A DNA stretch of 32,000 nt from Vibrio alginolyticus NBRC 15630 = ATCC 17749 (GTDB lineage: Bacteria; Pseudomonadota; Gammaproteobacteria; Enterobacterales; Vibrionaceae): NCBI RefSeq assembly GCF_000354175.2, contig NC_022359.1:1260001-1292000 (forward strand), given 5' to 3'. The notes under the pieces are model-generated. The model was not told where the DNA came from, ran no database searches, and was given only the letters and a program-made list of their open reading frames with translations. Within the stretch, counting starts at the first letter, position 1. Every line of letters starts with the position of its first letter. Both the position numbers and the translations under genes were made by a program. Positions 10,334 to 19,619 of the stretch are shown piece after piece.

Positions 10334-10549
10334 CTAATGGCAAACCGGACTCAAGCTGTGGATGTGCTTAAGTTTAGACTGTAGGTAAGGCGTTTGATGT
10401 AGACATTGGATAGATGAGAAGTTTTTTGTATGAAATCCGCAAGCAGCGCATGTGAATTTCTCGCCATCCGATGAAATGAGATATTCATCTCCTTGGCAGA
10501 GTGGGCAATTCAGGTTCTCTATGTCTTTTGTGTCTTTGTAATTATTCAT
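10334..10549 (-). CDS. Possible small zinc-ribbon protein (71 aa)
   Basis: The CPLC-x16-CAAC spacing is typical of a zinc ribbon. The SD is weak (GGA) and the C-terminal half is low-complexity and unrecognisable. Confidence 0.3.
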   Translation of the reverse strand: MNNYKDTKDIENLNCPLCQGDEYLISSDGEKFTCAACGFHTKNFSSIQCLHQTPYLQSKLKHIHSLSPVCH

Positions 10550-10715
10550 ATTGTTTTCCAGCAGCAAATTGGAATTGGCAAGATCAAGCATAGCGGAACG
10601 CTTTGTTTAAGAACATTATTTCATCCGGTACAGCGAGAACTTGAGATTCACTTCAAATATCCACTTGGATGTCGTAGGAAATATCGAAGGTAATAGTTGA
10701 ACACGGTTTAAAGAA

Positions 10716-10737
10716 AAGGGCTCCTTAAGGAGCCCTT
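10716..10737 (-). terminator. Rho-independent terminator downstream of the MCP gene
   Basis: The palindrome AAGGGCTCC-TTAA-GGAGCCCTT is followed on the minus strand by TTTTCTTT. It lies 23 nt after the MCP stop. Confidence 0.85.
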
Positions 10738-10759
10738 GTTGATCATGAGTTCCACAACG

Positions 10760-12190
10760 TTATGCGGTGCGGTAGCGTTGTAATATCTCACCAAGAGAAA
10801 CGGAGGCTTGCGTGAGATTAGCGACGCCAGCGGTAGATTGCTCCGCCACTTCTCTGATTGTGCTTGATTGACTACGAATTTCTGAAAGTTCCGATGCAAT
10901 ATCGTTAGCCACTGCGCTTTGTTCTTCAGCAGATGTGGAAATCTGAATGCTCATGTCCATTAATGAGCGTGCTGACTCGGCAATAGAGGTAACATCATGG
11001 CCGATTTCATCAATAAGCTGGCTGCTGGTTTGAGCTTGCTGAACGGTTCGGTTGGTGATTGAAGCAATGTTCTGACTCTCTATTTGAAGCTTCTCAATCA
11101 TGGCTTGGATCTCTACTGTTGCCTGTTGAGTTCTGCTTGCTAATGTACGTACTTCATCGGCAACCACTGCAAATCCACGACCTTGTTCACCAGCACGGGC
11201 TGCTTCGATTGCTGCGTTTAGTGCCAACAGATTAGTTTGTTCTGAAATGGCGTTAATCGTTGTGATCACGTCATTAATCTGCGTCGTATTCTCGTTTAAA
11301 TTGGTTACTGACGTAGAGGCTTGTTCAATATAGCTAGATAACGTCTCTATCTCGCCAATCACGTTTTGTACACGGCTTCTGCTTAGTTCGATCTTCTGGG
11401 CATCTTGGTCTGACTGCGTCGTTGCTTGTTGAGAAATACTTGATACCTCCTTTGCAGAGGCTGTCATTTCTTCCATTGCCGTCGCGACTGAATCAAGCGT
11501 TTGATATTGATGAGATATCTGGGTTTCACTCAACTGCATATCTTTTTCGAATGCAGAAGATGTCTCGCTCAACATCGTTGCATTATTTTTAACACTATTA
11601 ACCAGTTCACTTAAGGTATCCATAGACTTGTCTAGCGCACAGCCGATGGTACCGAATTCATCTCGACCTGGATGGAAACCAAGACGAGAGGTTAAGTCAC
11701 CGTCACCAATTTTTTCGGTTGTTGTATATAAAACCCACAGAGCTCCTCCGATAAACGTTGCCACCCAGTAAGAGAATAGGGCAAAAGGAATAACCCATAA
11801 GAAGCTGAGTAATAGTGACGATAGAGCTGATGATTTTAACGATTCGTATTGTGTGGACACATTTTGAGTCAGCTTAATCACTTCCCCAGAATGCAACTTG
11901 GCATAAGCGGTGACAGACCCATCGACAAAAGAACTCTCGCTTACGCGGTTCGATTTCGATACGCCGTCAATTTCTGTAGCGCGGTTTGATTGAGCATCAA
12001 CGATACCAGAAAGCTTCGCTTCGCTCGCCGAGATGGCTTGCTGCTCAAATTGTTGTATTTCATTGAAGTAGCGGCTTCCAGCCACTGAAGTGAGGGCTAC
12101 TAAAAATAGTAGGAATATAACCCACATTTTGTCGTTGATAGACATCTTGATAAACAGCCTGTCTATCGTTCTAAACTCAACTTCTCTCAT
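10760..12190 (-). CDS. Methyl-accepting chemotaxis protein
   Basis: The conserved signalling hairpin [35 protein letters not shown] is present. The product has two TM segments flanking a short periplasmic region, followed by a HAMP-like segment. ATG 12190 has GGAG 6 nt upstream. ATG 12145 is an alternative start. Confidence 0.9.
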   Translation of the reverse strand: MREVEFRTIDRLFIKMSINDKMWVIFLLFLVALTSVAGSRYFNEIQQFEQQAISASEAKLSGIVDAQSNRATEIDGVSKSNRVSESSFVDGSVTAYAKLHSGEVIKLTQNVSTQYESLKSSALSSLLLSFLWVIPFALFSYWVATFIGGALWVLYTTTEKIGDGDLTSRLGFHPGRDEFGTIGCALDKSMDTLSELVNSVKNNATMLSETSSAFEKDMQLSETQISHQYQTLDSVATAMEEMTASAKEVSSISQQATTQSDQDAQKIELSRSRVQNVIGEIETLSSYIEQASTSVTNLNENTTQINDVITTINAISEQTNLLALNAAIEAARAGEQGRGFAVVADEVRTLASRTQQATVEIQAMIEKLQIESQNIASITNRTVQQAQTSSQLIDEIGHDVTSIAESARSLMDMSIQISTSAEEQSAVANDIASELSEIRSQSSTIREVAEQSTAGVANLTQASVSLGEILQRYRTA

Positions 12191-12504
12191 TTAAAGCTCC
12201 ATTAGAGATAAAAGATATTGACCAAATCTATTGCTATATCGAAACAAAATATGCGAAGTTAATCAGCAAAATATGTAACGAATACTAAATTTAGTTTAAG
12301 AAATGAGATCTAACGACGCCTATAACAGTATGTTATATCTTTAAATTGACATGAATGTTGATAAAAGAGTCATTTCTCTAAAGTGTTAAGTGGATATGAA
12401 ACCTAATTGCAATCGTTTACTTTTGATTATGCTCATAGGTTTTTAAATCTTTACTTCTCGCTGTCATGAATGTGTCATATAAAGACTATAAAAAGGAGTT
12501 GCTG

Positions 12505-12678
12505 ATGTGGATATGGCAAGAGCCAGGCCGTCAGCAAGTAAAAGCAAGAGAGCTTAAAATAAAGGAGGTCACAATGAGCGACCAATACCAAAACGATGAG
12601 AGCCTAGAGCTGCTAGATGCGCTTGAAATTGGCATTATCTTGTCGGAATACGTTGGCTCAGACAACGAAGCCGAATAG
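12505..12678 (+). CDS. Small acidic protein, 57 aa from ATG 12505 or 34 aa from in-frame ATG 12574
   Basis: Two in-frame ATGs each have a near-ideal SD: AGGAG at 12494-12498 with a 6-nt spacer, and AAGGAGG at 12562-12568 with a 5-nt spacer. The product ends MSDQYQNDESLELLDALEIGIILSEYVGSDNEAE. No family is recognised. Confidence 0.4.
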   Translation: MWIWQEPGRQQVKARELKIKEVTMSDQYQNDESLELLDALEIGIILSEYVGSDNEAE

Positions 12679-12759
12679 CGGAACACTCTCATCTCGTCGT
12701 AATTGACGTTATACTAGGTTCATGTCACACCAAGCCCTAGAGGCCAAAACTGGCGTCGA

Positions 12760-13362
12760 ATGAACTTTCTAGCCCACCTGCATATCGCAGATCACAGTAA
12801 CAGCCATTTATTGGGAAACTTGCTTGGAGACTTCGTAAAAGGAGATCCAAGCAAGCTGTATGATCGCGATATCTCAAATGGCATCAGATTACATAGATTT
12901 GTTGACCGTATTACTGACCATCATCCAATCGTCAACGAATGTAAGCCTCATTTCACTGGTGTTGCGCGACGTTTTGCACCTATCGCTTTGGATATGTTTT
13001 GGGATCATTGCCTCGCAAAACACTGGAACGACTTTCATTCCGTGCCTCTCGAACACTTTGTACAAACGGCATACGAGAGAGTAAACCGAGAGGTTCATGA
13101 ACATTTGCCGCCACGTTTTTTGGTGCTCCACAGTAGGATGTGGCATGGCCGATGGCTTCAATCCTATCAAGATCTAGACAATATAGAATTTGCACTACAT
13201 CGGATGTCGCAAAGAAGCCCTAGAATGGCAGACTTAATTACAACATTTAAAGTGATTGAAAGTGATTACACCGAATTAGAAGAGAAGTTCTCGTCACTTT
13301 ATCGAGATGTTTTGCGCCAGTCGTATGATTTTCAGCAACAGCTTAATGACTCAACTCAATGA
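12760..13362 (+). CDS. acpH: Acyl carrier protein phosphodiesterase
   Basis: The N-terminus MNFLAHLHIA, together with GNLLGDFVKG, HR.D..TD and DMFWDH, matches E. coli AcpH (YajB). Confidence 0.88.
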   Translation: MNFLAHLHIADHSNSHLLGNLLGDFVKGDPSKLYDRDISNGIRLHRFVDRITDHHPIVNECKPHFTGVARRFAPIALDMFWDHCLAKHWNDFHSVPLEHFVQTAYERVNREVHEHLPPRFLVLHSRMWHGRWLQSYQDLDNIEFALHRMSQRSPRMADLITTFKVIESDYTELEEKFSSLYRDVLRQSYDFQQQLNDSTQ

Positions 13363-13429
13363 GATAGAAAAGTAGTATGGCTTTAGGGGCTCTGGTAAAC
13401 TCTGCGCTCCAAAAATAATGAGGTTACAC

Positions 13430-14688
13430 ATGTCTGTTAATTTTGCTGATTTAGGCATCGAACAAAAGCTAATCGAGACGCTAGGCAATCTAAATATCGT
13501 GACGCCAACACCAGTGCAAGAAAAGTCAATTCCACACGTCCTTGCAGGAAAAAACTTACTTGCTGCTGCACAAACTGGTACGGGAAAAACGGCTGCGTTT
13601 GGTTTACCTATCATACAAACCGTTCAGCAAAAGAAACTTAACGGCACACCTCAAGCATTGATTTTGGTTCCAACACGCGAGCTTGCACAGCAGGTATTTG
13701 ATAATTTGAATCAGTACTCGGCAGAAACAGAACTTCGCATCGTGTGTGTTTATGGTGGTACAAGCATTGGCGTACAAAAGAGAAAGTTAGAAGAGGGCGC
13801 TGATATTTTGATTGCCACGCCAGGCCGCCTTTTGGATCACCTGTTTAATGGTAACGTAAACATCTCTAAAACCGGTATGCTCGTGTTAGACGAAGCCGAC
13901 CGTATGTTAGATATGGGATTTTGGCCTGACTTGCAGCGCATCTTCCGACGTTTGCCTGCTGAGAAACAGATCCTATTGTTCTCTGCGACATTTGAGAAGC
14001 GAATCAAAACTATTGCGTATAAACTCATGGAATCGCCAGTTGAAGTCGAAGTTTCACCAGCAAATACGACTGCTGAAACGGTAACACAAATGGTTTATCC
14101 AGTGGATAAAAACGGAAACGTGAATTGCTAGCGTACTTAATTGGCTCGCGGAATTGGCAGCAAGTGCTTGTATTTACAAAAACGAAGCAAGGCAGTGATG
14201 AGTTAGCGAAAGAGCTCAAGTTAGATGGCATCAAAGCGGTTTCTATCAACGGCGATAAATCACAAGGTGCCCGCCAAAGAGCTTTGGATGAATTTAAACA
14301 AGGTAAGGTACGTGCTTTGATTGCAACCGATGTGGCAGCACGAGGGTTAGACATTCAAGAGCTAGAACAAGTCGTGAACTTTGATATGCCATTCAAAGCA
14401 GAAGATTATGTCCATCGAATTGGCCGCACTGGAAGAGCAGGAAATTCAGGTTTGGCGGTTTCTCTGATGAGTCGAGATGAGGAGTACTTGTTGCAAGCTA
14501 TCGAGAATCTGCTTGATCAACGCTTACCCCAAGAATGGCTGGCAGGTTTCGAACCAAGTCTTGTAGAAGAAATTGAGCCTGAACAAAATGGGGGTGGGCG
14601 TCGTCGTAGTCGTTCATCTGAGAAGCGTAAGCTAAAAGCAAAATTGGCGATTCATAAGAATCGTGGTAAATCACGTAGCTCTCGCTAA
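13430..14688 (+). pseudogene. rhlE: RhlE-like DEAD-box RNA helicase, interrupted by a -1 nt frameshift at A-run 14108-14112
   Basis: ORF 13418-14131 carries the Q motif, AQTGTGKT, PTRELA, DEAD (VLDEADRM) and SAT. ORF 14125-14688 carries the remainder (ARGLD, HRIGRTGRAG, basic tail). Adding one A to the run restores VDKKRKRELLAYLIG, the same VDKKRKRELL junction as in E. coli RhlE. The start is taken at ATG 13430, with GAGG 6 nt upstream. Confidence 0.85.
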
Positions 14689-14715
14689 ACCGCGCAAACT
14701 TTTGTTCTTACATAG

Positions 14716-15504
14716 TCAGGCTGTTTTTGCCTCTTCATAGACGTCTAACGTTTGGGGGATAGCAAGTAGGTACCCTTGATACATATCGAAACCGAGCTTT
14801 TTCATTAAGCGAAGTTGATGCTCGGTTTCAATTCCTTCGATAACGGTTTTAGAGCATAACGCTTTTGCGAGTGATAATGCATCGTTAAGCGCTTTAAAAT
14901 CACCGTTTTCATACCTTAGCAATAAAGAGCGATCCATCTTGATTATATCTGGGCAAACGCTTCTCACTCGCTCAGTTGTCGATGCATTGACGCCATAATC
15001 GTCGATCGCCAATTTAAACCCGCCTTGGCTTAATTCACGAGCTGCTTGCGACAAAGAGAGTTCATCCTCCACCTTCAATTCAAGTAACTCCATGACGATT
15101 TGTTCATTCATCAAATGCGATTCATAAATGGTTTGTTTTAGCAGTCGGTTATACGTGATGTCTTTGACTAGTATCTCTGCCGCTACCGGTAATACATTGA
15201 GAAACAATTGTTTTGTGTGAAAGCGAGACTGAGAGAAATTTTTGATATGGATTAGGCGACTTAAGCGTTCAACATTGAGCAAATCTTGAGTGGGAGTCGC
15301 TTTGGATTGGAAAAACTGATCTGGCCTAACCATGGTGCCATTGGCATTGCTAATTCTTACCAGTGCTTCAAGGCCAACGATAGAAATATCGTTCTTATAT
15401 ATGGGTTGAAAGACACTGCGGAGAGTGAAGTTCGCGTATTTCGCAATATACTGCCCGTCGGCTTGTTTCCGGATGCAACTAAGTAGTTGCGAGATGCTCA
15501 TCAT
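14716..15504 (-). CDS. EAL-domain-only protein (putative c-di-GMP phosphodiesterase)
   Basis: The motifs GLEALVR (EAL), NVLP, ELLE, DDYG, IKMDRSLL, EGIETE and QGYLLAIP are all present, so the catalytic residues look intact. The start is ambiguous (GTG 15513, ATG 15504 or ATG 15501). Confidence 0.85.
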   Translation of the reverse strand: MMSISQLLSCIRKQADGQYIAKYANFTLRSVFQPIYKNDISIVGLEALVRISNANGTMVRPDQFFQSKATPTQDLLNVERLSRLIHIKNFSQSRFHTKQLFLNVLPVAAEILVKDITYNRLLKQTIYESHLMNEQIVMELLELKVEDELSLSQAARELSQGGFKLAIDDYGVNASTTERVRSVCPDIIKMDRSLLLRYENGDFKALNDALSLAKALCSKTVIEGIETEHQLRLMKKLGFDMYQGYLLAIPQTLDVYEEAKTA

Positions 15505-15691
15505 TGTTACCACAACCTAAATCAATGTCTCAACATCAGCGTTATCGCGCTAATTTTTCTATTTCATTGGCAATGAATCTAAGTGTGCTCATTAACTCAA
15601 GCAAGAACGATGGTAATGGATGGGTAGTTTTGTCGAGTGATATCAAACAAATTGATGAAATAATTGATAATCTCAGCACTTCAATTTGATG

Positions 15692-16324
15692 CTACCATTG
15701 CAGTACGGCATACAACTGCAAATATTTTCTGACTAACTGCTGTTTGTTCGAACGCCGTAAAGGATGCCCAAACTTAATGTAACAAGGGCTAATACCGAAT
15801 CGAGTGTCCAAAGATTGCGTGAGTTGCGACTCGCTGGTGTACAGTGTGATTCCTTGTTCTGTGTATTCGTTGATCTGATCGGGTAGTTCACCCATCCACC
15901 AATGAAGTAATTCTCGGCTCGTTTTGCTGCGACTTATCCAATGATCGCAAACCAAAAAGAGTAGGTCATTAGGCTGTAAGGCATAGCCATATTCACTCTG
16001 CCATTCCGTAATTGATGAGAGTAAGTTTTCCCGGCAAGATTTTCCGGCACTGACCATATGGTGACTCAGAACCCAGACAGTGCCAATGTCGGATGAAATT
16101 CGATAGTGATGGGGAAGGTCTGGAGAATCCAACACTTCGATTGGCTTTATCACGCAGTTGTATCCAAAGTGACGAAAAGTATGTTCCATCCTTCTTGAAA
16201 ACGCGAGACCAAGATGATGCTCACTCATGCCTTGGTTATGCACCGCAGGGTAATGCTTTTCACACAGCTTAAGACAGTCGTCTTGAAAATCATTAACACT
16301 TTGAATAACTAGGTCGAGTAGCAA
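15692..16324 (-). CDS. Hypothetical protein, 210 aa, no recognisable family
   Basis: The ORF starts at TTG 16324, preceded by AAGGGA with a 6-nt spacer. It is on the same strand as the EAL gene and 178 bp upstream of it. The product is His/Trp/Cys-rich with no TM segment or signal peptide. Confidence 0.55.
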   Translation of the reverse strand: MLLDLVIQSVNDFQDDCLKLCEKHYPAVHNQGMSEHHLGLAFSRRMEHTFRHFGYNCVIKPIEVLDSPDLPHHYRISSDIGTVWVLSHHMVSAGKSCRENLLSSITEWQSEYGYALQPNDLLFLVCDHWISRSKTSRELLHWWMGELPDQINEYTEQGITLYTSESQLTQSLDTRFGISPCYIKFGHPLRRSNKQQLVRKYLQLYAVLQW

Positions 16325-16507
16325 AGAATATCCCTTAATAATTACAAAACGAACTGCAAAAGGTTAGCATAGTCTTTTGAGAATAGACTAATTTACTTCG
16401 GCAACTTCTTGATCTAAACACCAAATTTCTCACAAATGACCGTGTCTAATCTTTAATAGAACAACACGAAAGAAGCAGAAGTTGAACAAAAATTTGAAAG
16501 GGAAAAA

Positions 16508-16750
16508 ATGATAAAGCTAGAACGCGCACAAAAAGAGGCGTTGGCCACCGCCATTCAAGATTACATGCAAGACGAGCTAGATGTTGAAATTGGCCAGTTC
16601 GATAGTGAGTTTCTAATTGATTTTATTACAGAAAAACTAGGACCAATTTATTATAACAAGGGTGTTGAAGATGCTAAGTTACTGGTTGAACGCAGAATGT
16701 TAGAAGTTTCCGAAGAGCTGTATGAGATAGAACAAGAAGTTAAGCTGTAA
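16508..16750 (+). CDS. DUF2164-family small protein
   Basis: The product is 80 aa. The pattern ...EIGQFDSEFLIDFITEKLGPIYYNKGVEDA... matches my recollection of DUF2164. The SD is AGGGA. Confidence 0.65.
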   Translation: MIKLERAQKEALATAIQDYMQDELDVEIGQFDSEFLIDFITEKLGPIYYNKGVEDAKLLVERRMLEVSEELYEIEQEVKL

Positions 16751-16924
16751 GTTTCAGTTTTACAAACGATTTAAAGTTCCTTCAAAAAATTCGAACAACT
16801 TGATAGATACGGTACCATTGGCTGGATGTAAATGATGGTAAATAATCTGTTTCATATGACGTAAATAGGTTAATGTAGTGTTTCTTGCTCAGCATTAACT
16901 TAGGAATATATCTAGGAACTTGAG

Positions 16925-17464
16925 ATGGATACACTGGTAAAGAATTACAACCTTACTGCACGCGTGATGCATTGGTTATCAGCGCTGTGCATTATTGGTC
17001 TATTTGCAGTGGGTTTGTGGATGGTCGACCTTAGCTATTACAGCGAATGGTATCGAACTGCGCCGCATTACCATCGCTCTGTCGGTATTTTACTCGCTAT
17101 TTTAACTTTGACACGCATCGTATGGAAACATGTGACGGCGTCACCAAAGGTAGAAGGCAAACGTTACGAAGTGCTTGCTGCTAAAGCAGCGCATGGTGTC
17201 ATGTACCTACTATTGGTCACCATCTTTGTTTCAGGTTACCTCATTTCAACGTCTGATGGACGCGGCATCGAAGTGTTTAATTGGTTCACCGTGCCAGGAG
17301 CGGGAGAGTTATTCCCAGGCCAATCAGATATTGCAGGTGAGATTCACTTCTATGCAGCTTGGGCAGTCATCCTGATTGCAGGTTTACATGCTATTGCTGC
17401 ACTAAAACACCACTTTATCGATAAAGACAACACATTAAGAAAAATGTTAGGAGCTTCAAAATGA
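16925..17464 (+). CDS. yceJ: Cytochrome b561 family protein (YceJ/CybB-like)
   Basis: The product has four TM helices with conserved His residues (MHWLSA, HRSVG, HGVMY, HAIAALKHH). Its stop overlaps the yceI start (ATGA at 17461-17464). Confidence 0.85.
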   Translation: MDTLVKNYNLTARVMHWLSALCIIGLFAVGLWMVDLSYYSEWYRTAPHYHRSVGILLAILTLTRIVWKHVTASPKVEGKRYEVLAAKAAHGVMYLLLVTIFVSGYLISTSDGRGIEVFNWFTVPGAGELFPGQSDIAGEIHFYAAWAVILIAGLHAIAALKHHFIDKDNTLRKMLGASK

Positions 17465-18030
17465 AAAAGTCACTTTTCGCTACAGGATTAGCTATCGCTA
17501 TGGCACTGCCATTTGGTGCGCAAGCTGCAGATTATGTCATCGATACCAAAGGTGCTCACGCTTCAATCAACTTTAAAGTTAGCCACTTGGGTTACAGTTT
17601 CATCAAAGGTCGTTTCAATACATTTTCTGGTGACTTTTCTTTTGATGAAAACAACATTGCTGACTCAAAAGTAAATGTTGTTGTTGATACAACCAGCCTA
17701 GATTCAAACCATGCTGAACGTGACAAACACATTCGTAGTGGTGACTTCATCGATGCTGGTAAATACAGTGAAGCAACCTTTACGAGCACAAAAGTGGTTG
17801 ATAAAGGCAATGGCAAACTAGATGTAACTGGTGATCTAACGCTACACGGTGTTACTAAGCCTATTACTATTGAGGCTGAATTCGTTGGTGCTGGCAGTGA
17901 CCCATGGGGCGGCGAGCGCGCTGGCTTTGTTGGCAACACTCGCCTAGAGCTTGCTGACTTTGACATCCCAGTAATGGGTGCTTCAAGCTACGTCGATATG
18001 GAACTTCATATCGAAGGTATTAAGAAGTAA
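17461..18030 (+). CDS. yceI: YceI-family periplasmic polyisoprenoid-binding protein
   Basis: It has a signal peptide ending AQA. The YceI pattern is present: SINFKVSHLGYSFIKGRF..F.G...D, then D..S..T....RD.H..S..F. Confidence 0.88.
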   Translation: MKKSLFATGLAIAMALPFGAQAADYVIDTKGAHASINFKVSHLGYSFIKGRFNTFSGDFSFDENNIADSKVNVVVDTTSLDSNHAERDKHIRSGDFIDAGKYSEATFTSTKVVDKGNGKLDVTGDLTLHGVTKPITIEAEFVGAGSDPWGGERAGFVGNTRLELADFDIPVMGASSYVDMELHIEGIKK

Positions 18031-18051
18031 TTAGTTCCTTTTAGATACACT

Positions 18052-18083
18052 AAAAGCGCTCTTCACTTGAAGAGCGCTTTTTT
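18052..18083. terminator. Bidirectional terminator between yceI and the FNT-CBS gene
   Basis: The palindrome is AAAAGCGCTCTTCA..TGAAGAGCGCTTTTTT, with an A-run upstream and a T-run downstream. It lies between convergent stops. Confidence 0.88.
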
Positions 18084-18167
18084 ATTATCTTAATCACATC
18101 ACTAACATCGATAAACCCGTCAGTGATAGCGATTGAAAGCCAATAGACGTTGTAAATGTTTAGCGAA

Positions 18168-19619
18168 TTACGCTGTTTCTAACTCGCTTTTTTCCACTAG
18201 GTTTAAACGCTCACCAAAAATCGGGCGTAGTGCTTTTAATACTTCAGTACGAGTAACCACCCCGACCATCTGCCCATTTTCAAGCACAGGAAGCACTTGT
18301 GGCTTACTTACTTTGATACTTTTAGCGCGTTCTTCGAGAGACAAAGACGTCAAGCGAGTGGCAATACCCATACTGCTCGCTGGGTACAACTGCTCTTTAT
18401 CGATACATAGGAATTCCACAACATCAACGAGGCGATCACCAGCGTCAATTGCGACCACATCTCGGCTCATGATGTCGACGACTTTTTGGTCTTTCACCGG
18501 AATGTAGTCCTCACACCATAGTTCTACCATCACATCGTGAGCAGAGAAGAAGCCAACTAATCGATTTTGTACGTCTACAACAGGTGCGCTAGTTACGTTG
18601 TTATCAAGTAACACATCCAGCGCGGCTGCAATTGGCGTTTCTGCACGAATGGTGATTGGTTTTGGGTTCATAATGTCTTTAACAAAAGAGGCATTTTTCA
18701 TGGTGAAATCCTTAACTGACGACAGTGTTGTAGTTGTAGTGATAGAAGAAATATTCGCTGCTTTTAGTTCTGGTCGGCGAAAAATACACCAGTTTGAAAG
18801 GCCAACTAATACCGCTCCGCCGACGATGTTGCCAAGCGTGACAGGAATTAAGTTAGCGGTAATAAAGTGGCTAATGTTTAGGTCTGTGTATTGTGACGCG
18901 GGCACACCGACAGATGCCCAAAAAGATTCAGGTGCAAAATTCGCGATAACAATACCAAGTGGAACCATAAACATGTTCGCAACACAGTGCTCAAAACCGC
19001 TGCTGACAAACATTGCCACAGGCAAAATTGTCATTGCTGCTTTTGTCATTGCATTTGCAGAACTAAATGTCAGCCAAATCGCTAGGCAGACCAACAGGTT
19101 ACAGAGAATACCGAGTGCAAACGCTTGAATGAGAGTGTGGTGAAGTTTGTGTTGTGCGATGTTAAGCGCATTTAATCCCCATTGACCGCCATCCATCTGA
19201 TAAAGACCAGCAGCAGTAACCAGCGCAAGTAGGAACATCGCACCAATAAAGTTACCAACGTAAACTTTGCCCCAGATCGAAAGCATCTTACCGAACGAGA
19301 TTTGCTTATTGGCCCAAGAAATACTGGATAGGACGGAGCTGGTAAATAATTCACCACCGCAGATCACTATGAGGATCAATCCCATGCTAAATGCGAGTCC
19401 ACCAGCTAGGCGACTCAAGCCCCAACCAGCGCCCGCACTGCCGGTGGTCACCGTGATGTAAAACAAGAATGCTAACCCGATGAACGCGCCGGCCATAATG
19501 GCGAGGCTTAATGTCATACTGCTGGTTTTGTTTGCCTTACTTAACGCAAATTTTTCCGCTTCAACCATCATCTCTTTTGGAGAAAAATACTGGTGATTTT
19601 GAGAACTGGTCACCGCCAT
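18168..19619 (-). CDS. Formate/nitrite transporter (FNT) family channel with a C-terminal CBS-pair domain
   Basis: FNT hallmarks are GGELFTSS (omega-loop Thr) and SGFEHCVANMF (central His). The C-terminal ~180 aa contain two CBS-like repeats (VKDIMNPKPITI..APVVD.QNRLVGFFSAHDV and VVDIMSRDVVAI..LPVLENGQMVGVVTRTEVL). AAGGAG lies 5 nt before the ATG. Confidence 0.85.
   Translation of the reverse strand: MAVTSSQNHQYFSPKEMMVEAEKFALSKANKTSSMTLSLAIMAGAFIGLAFLFYITVTTGSAGAGWGLSRLAGGLAFSMGLILIVICGGELFTSSVLSSISWANKQISFGKMLSIWGKVYVGNFIGAMFLLALVTAAGLYQMDGGQWGLNALNIAQHKLHHTLIQAFALGILCNLLVCLAIWLTFSSANAMTKAAMTILPVAMFVSSGFEHCVANMFMVPLGIVIANFAPESFWASVGVPASQYTDLNISHFITANLIPVTLGNIVGGAVLVGLSNWCIFRRPELKAANISSITTTTTLSSVKDFTMKNASFVKDIMNPKPITIRAETPIAAALDVLLDNNVTSAPVVDVQNRLVGFFSAHDVMVELWCEDYIPVKDQKVVDIMSRDVVAIDAGDRLVDVVEFLCIDKEQLYPASSMGIATRLTSLSLEERAKSIKVSKPQVLPVLENGQMVGVVTRTEVLKALRPIFGERLNLVEKSELETA

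Noticed and set aside
14105-14115. Programmed -1 ribosomal frameshift or transcriptional slippage in the rhlE-like gene.
   Set aside because: The site is T AAA AAC, not a canonical X XXY YYZ heptamer. I saw no downstream stimulatory pseudoknot or hairpin. A5 is too short for efficient RNA polymerase slippage. Sequencing error or mutation is more parsimonious, and the idea is kept only as a minor alternative in the finding.
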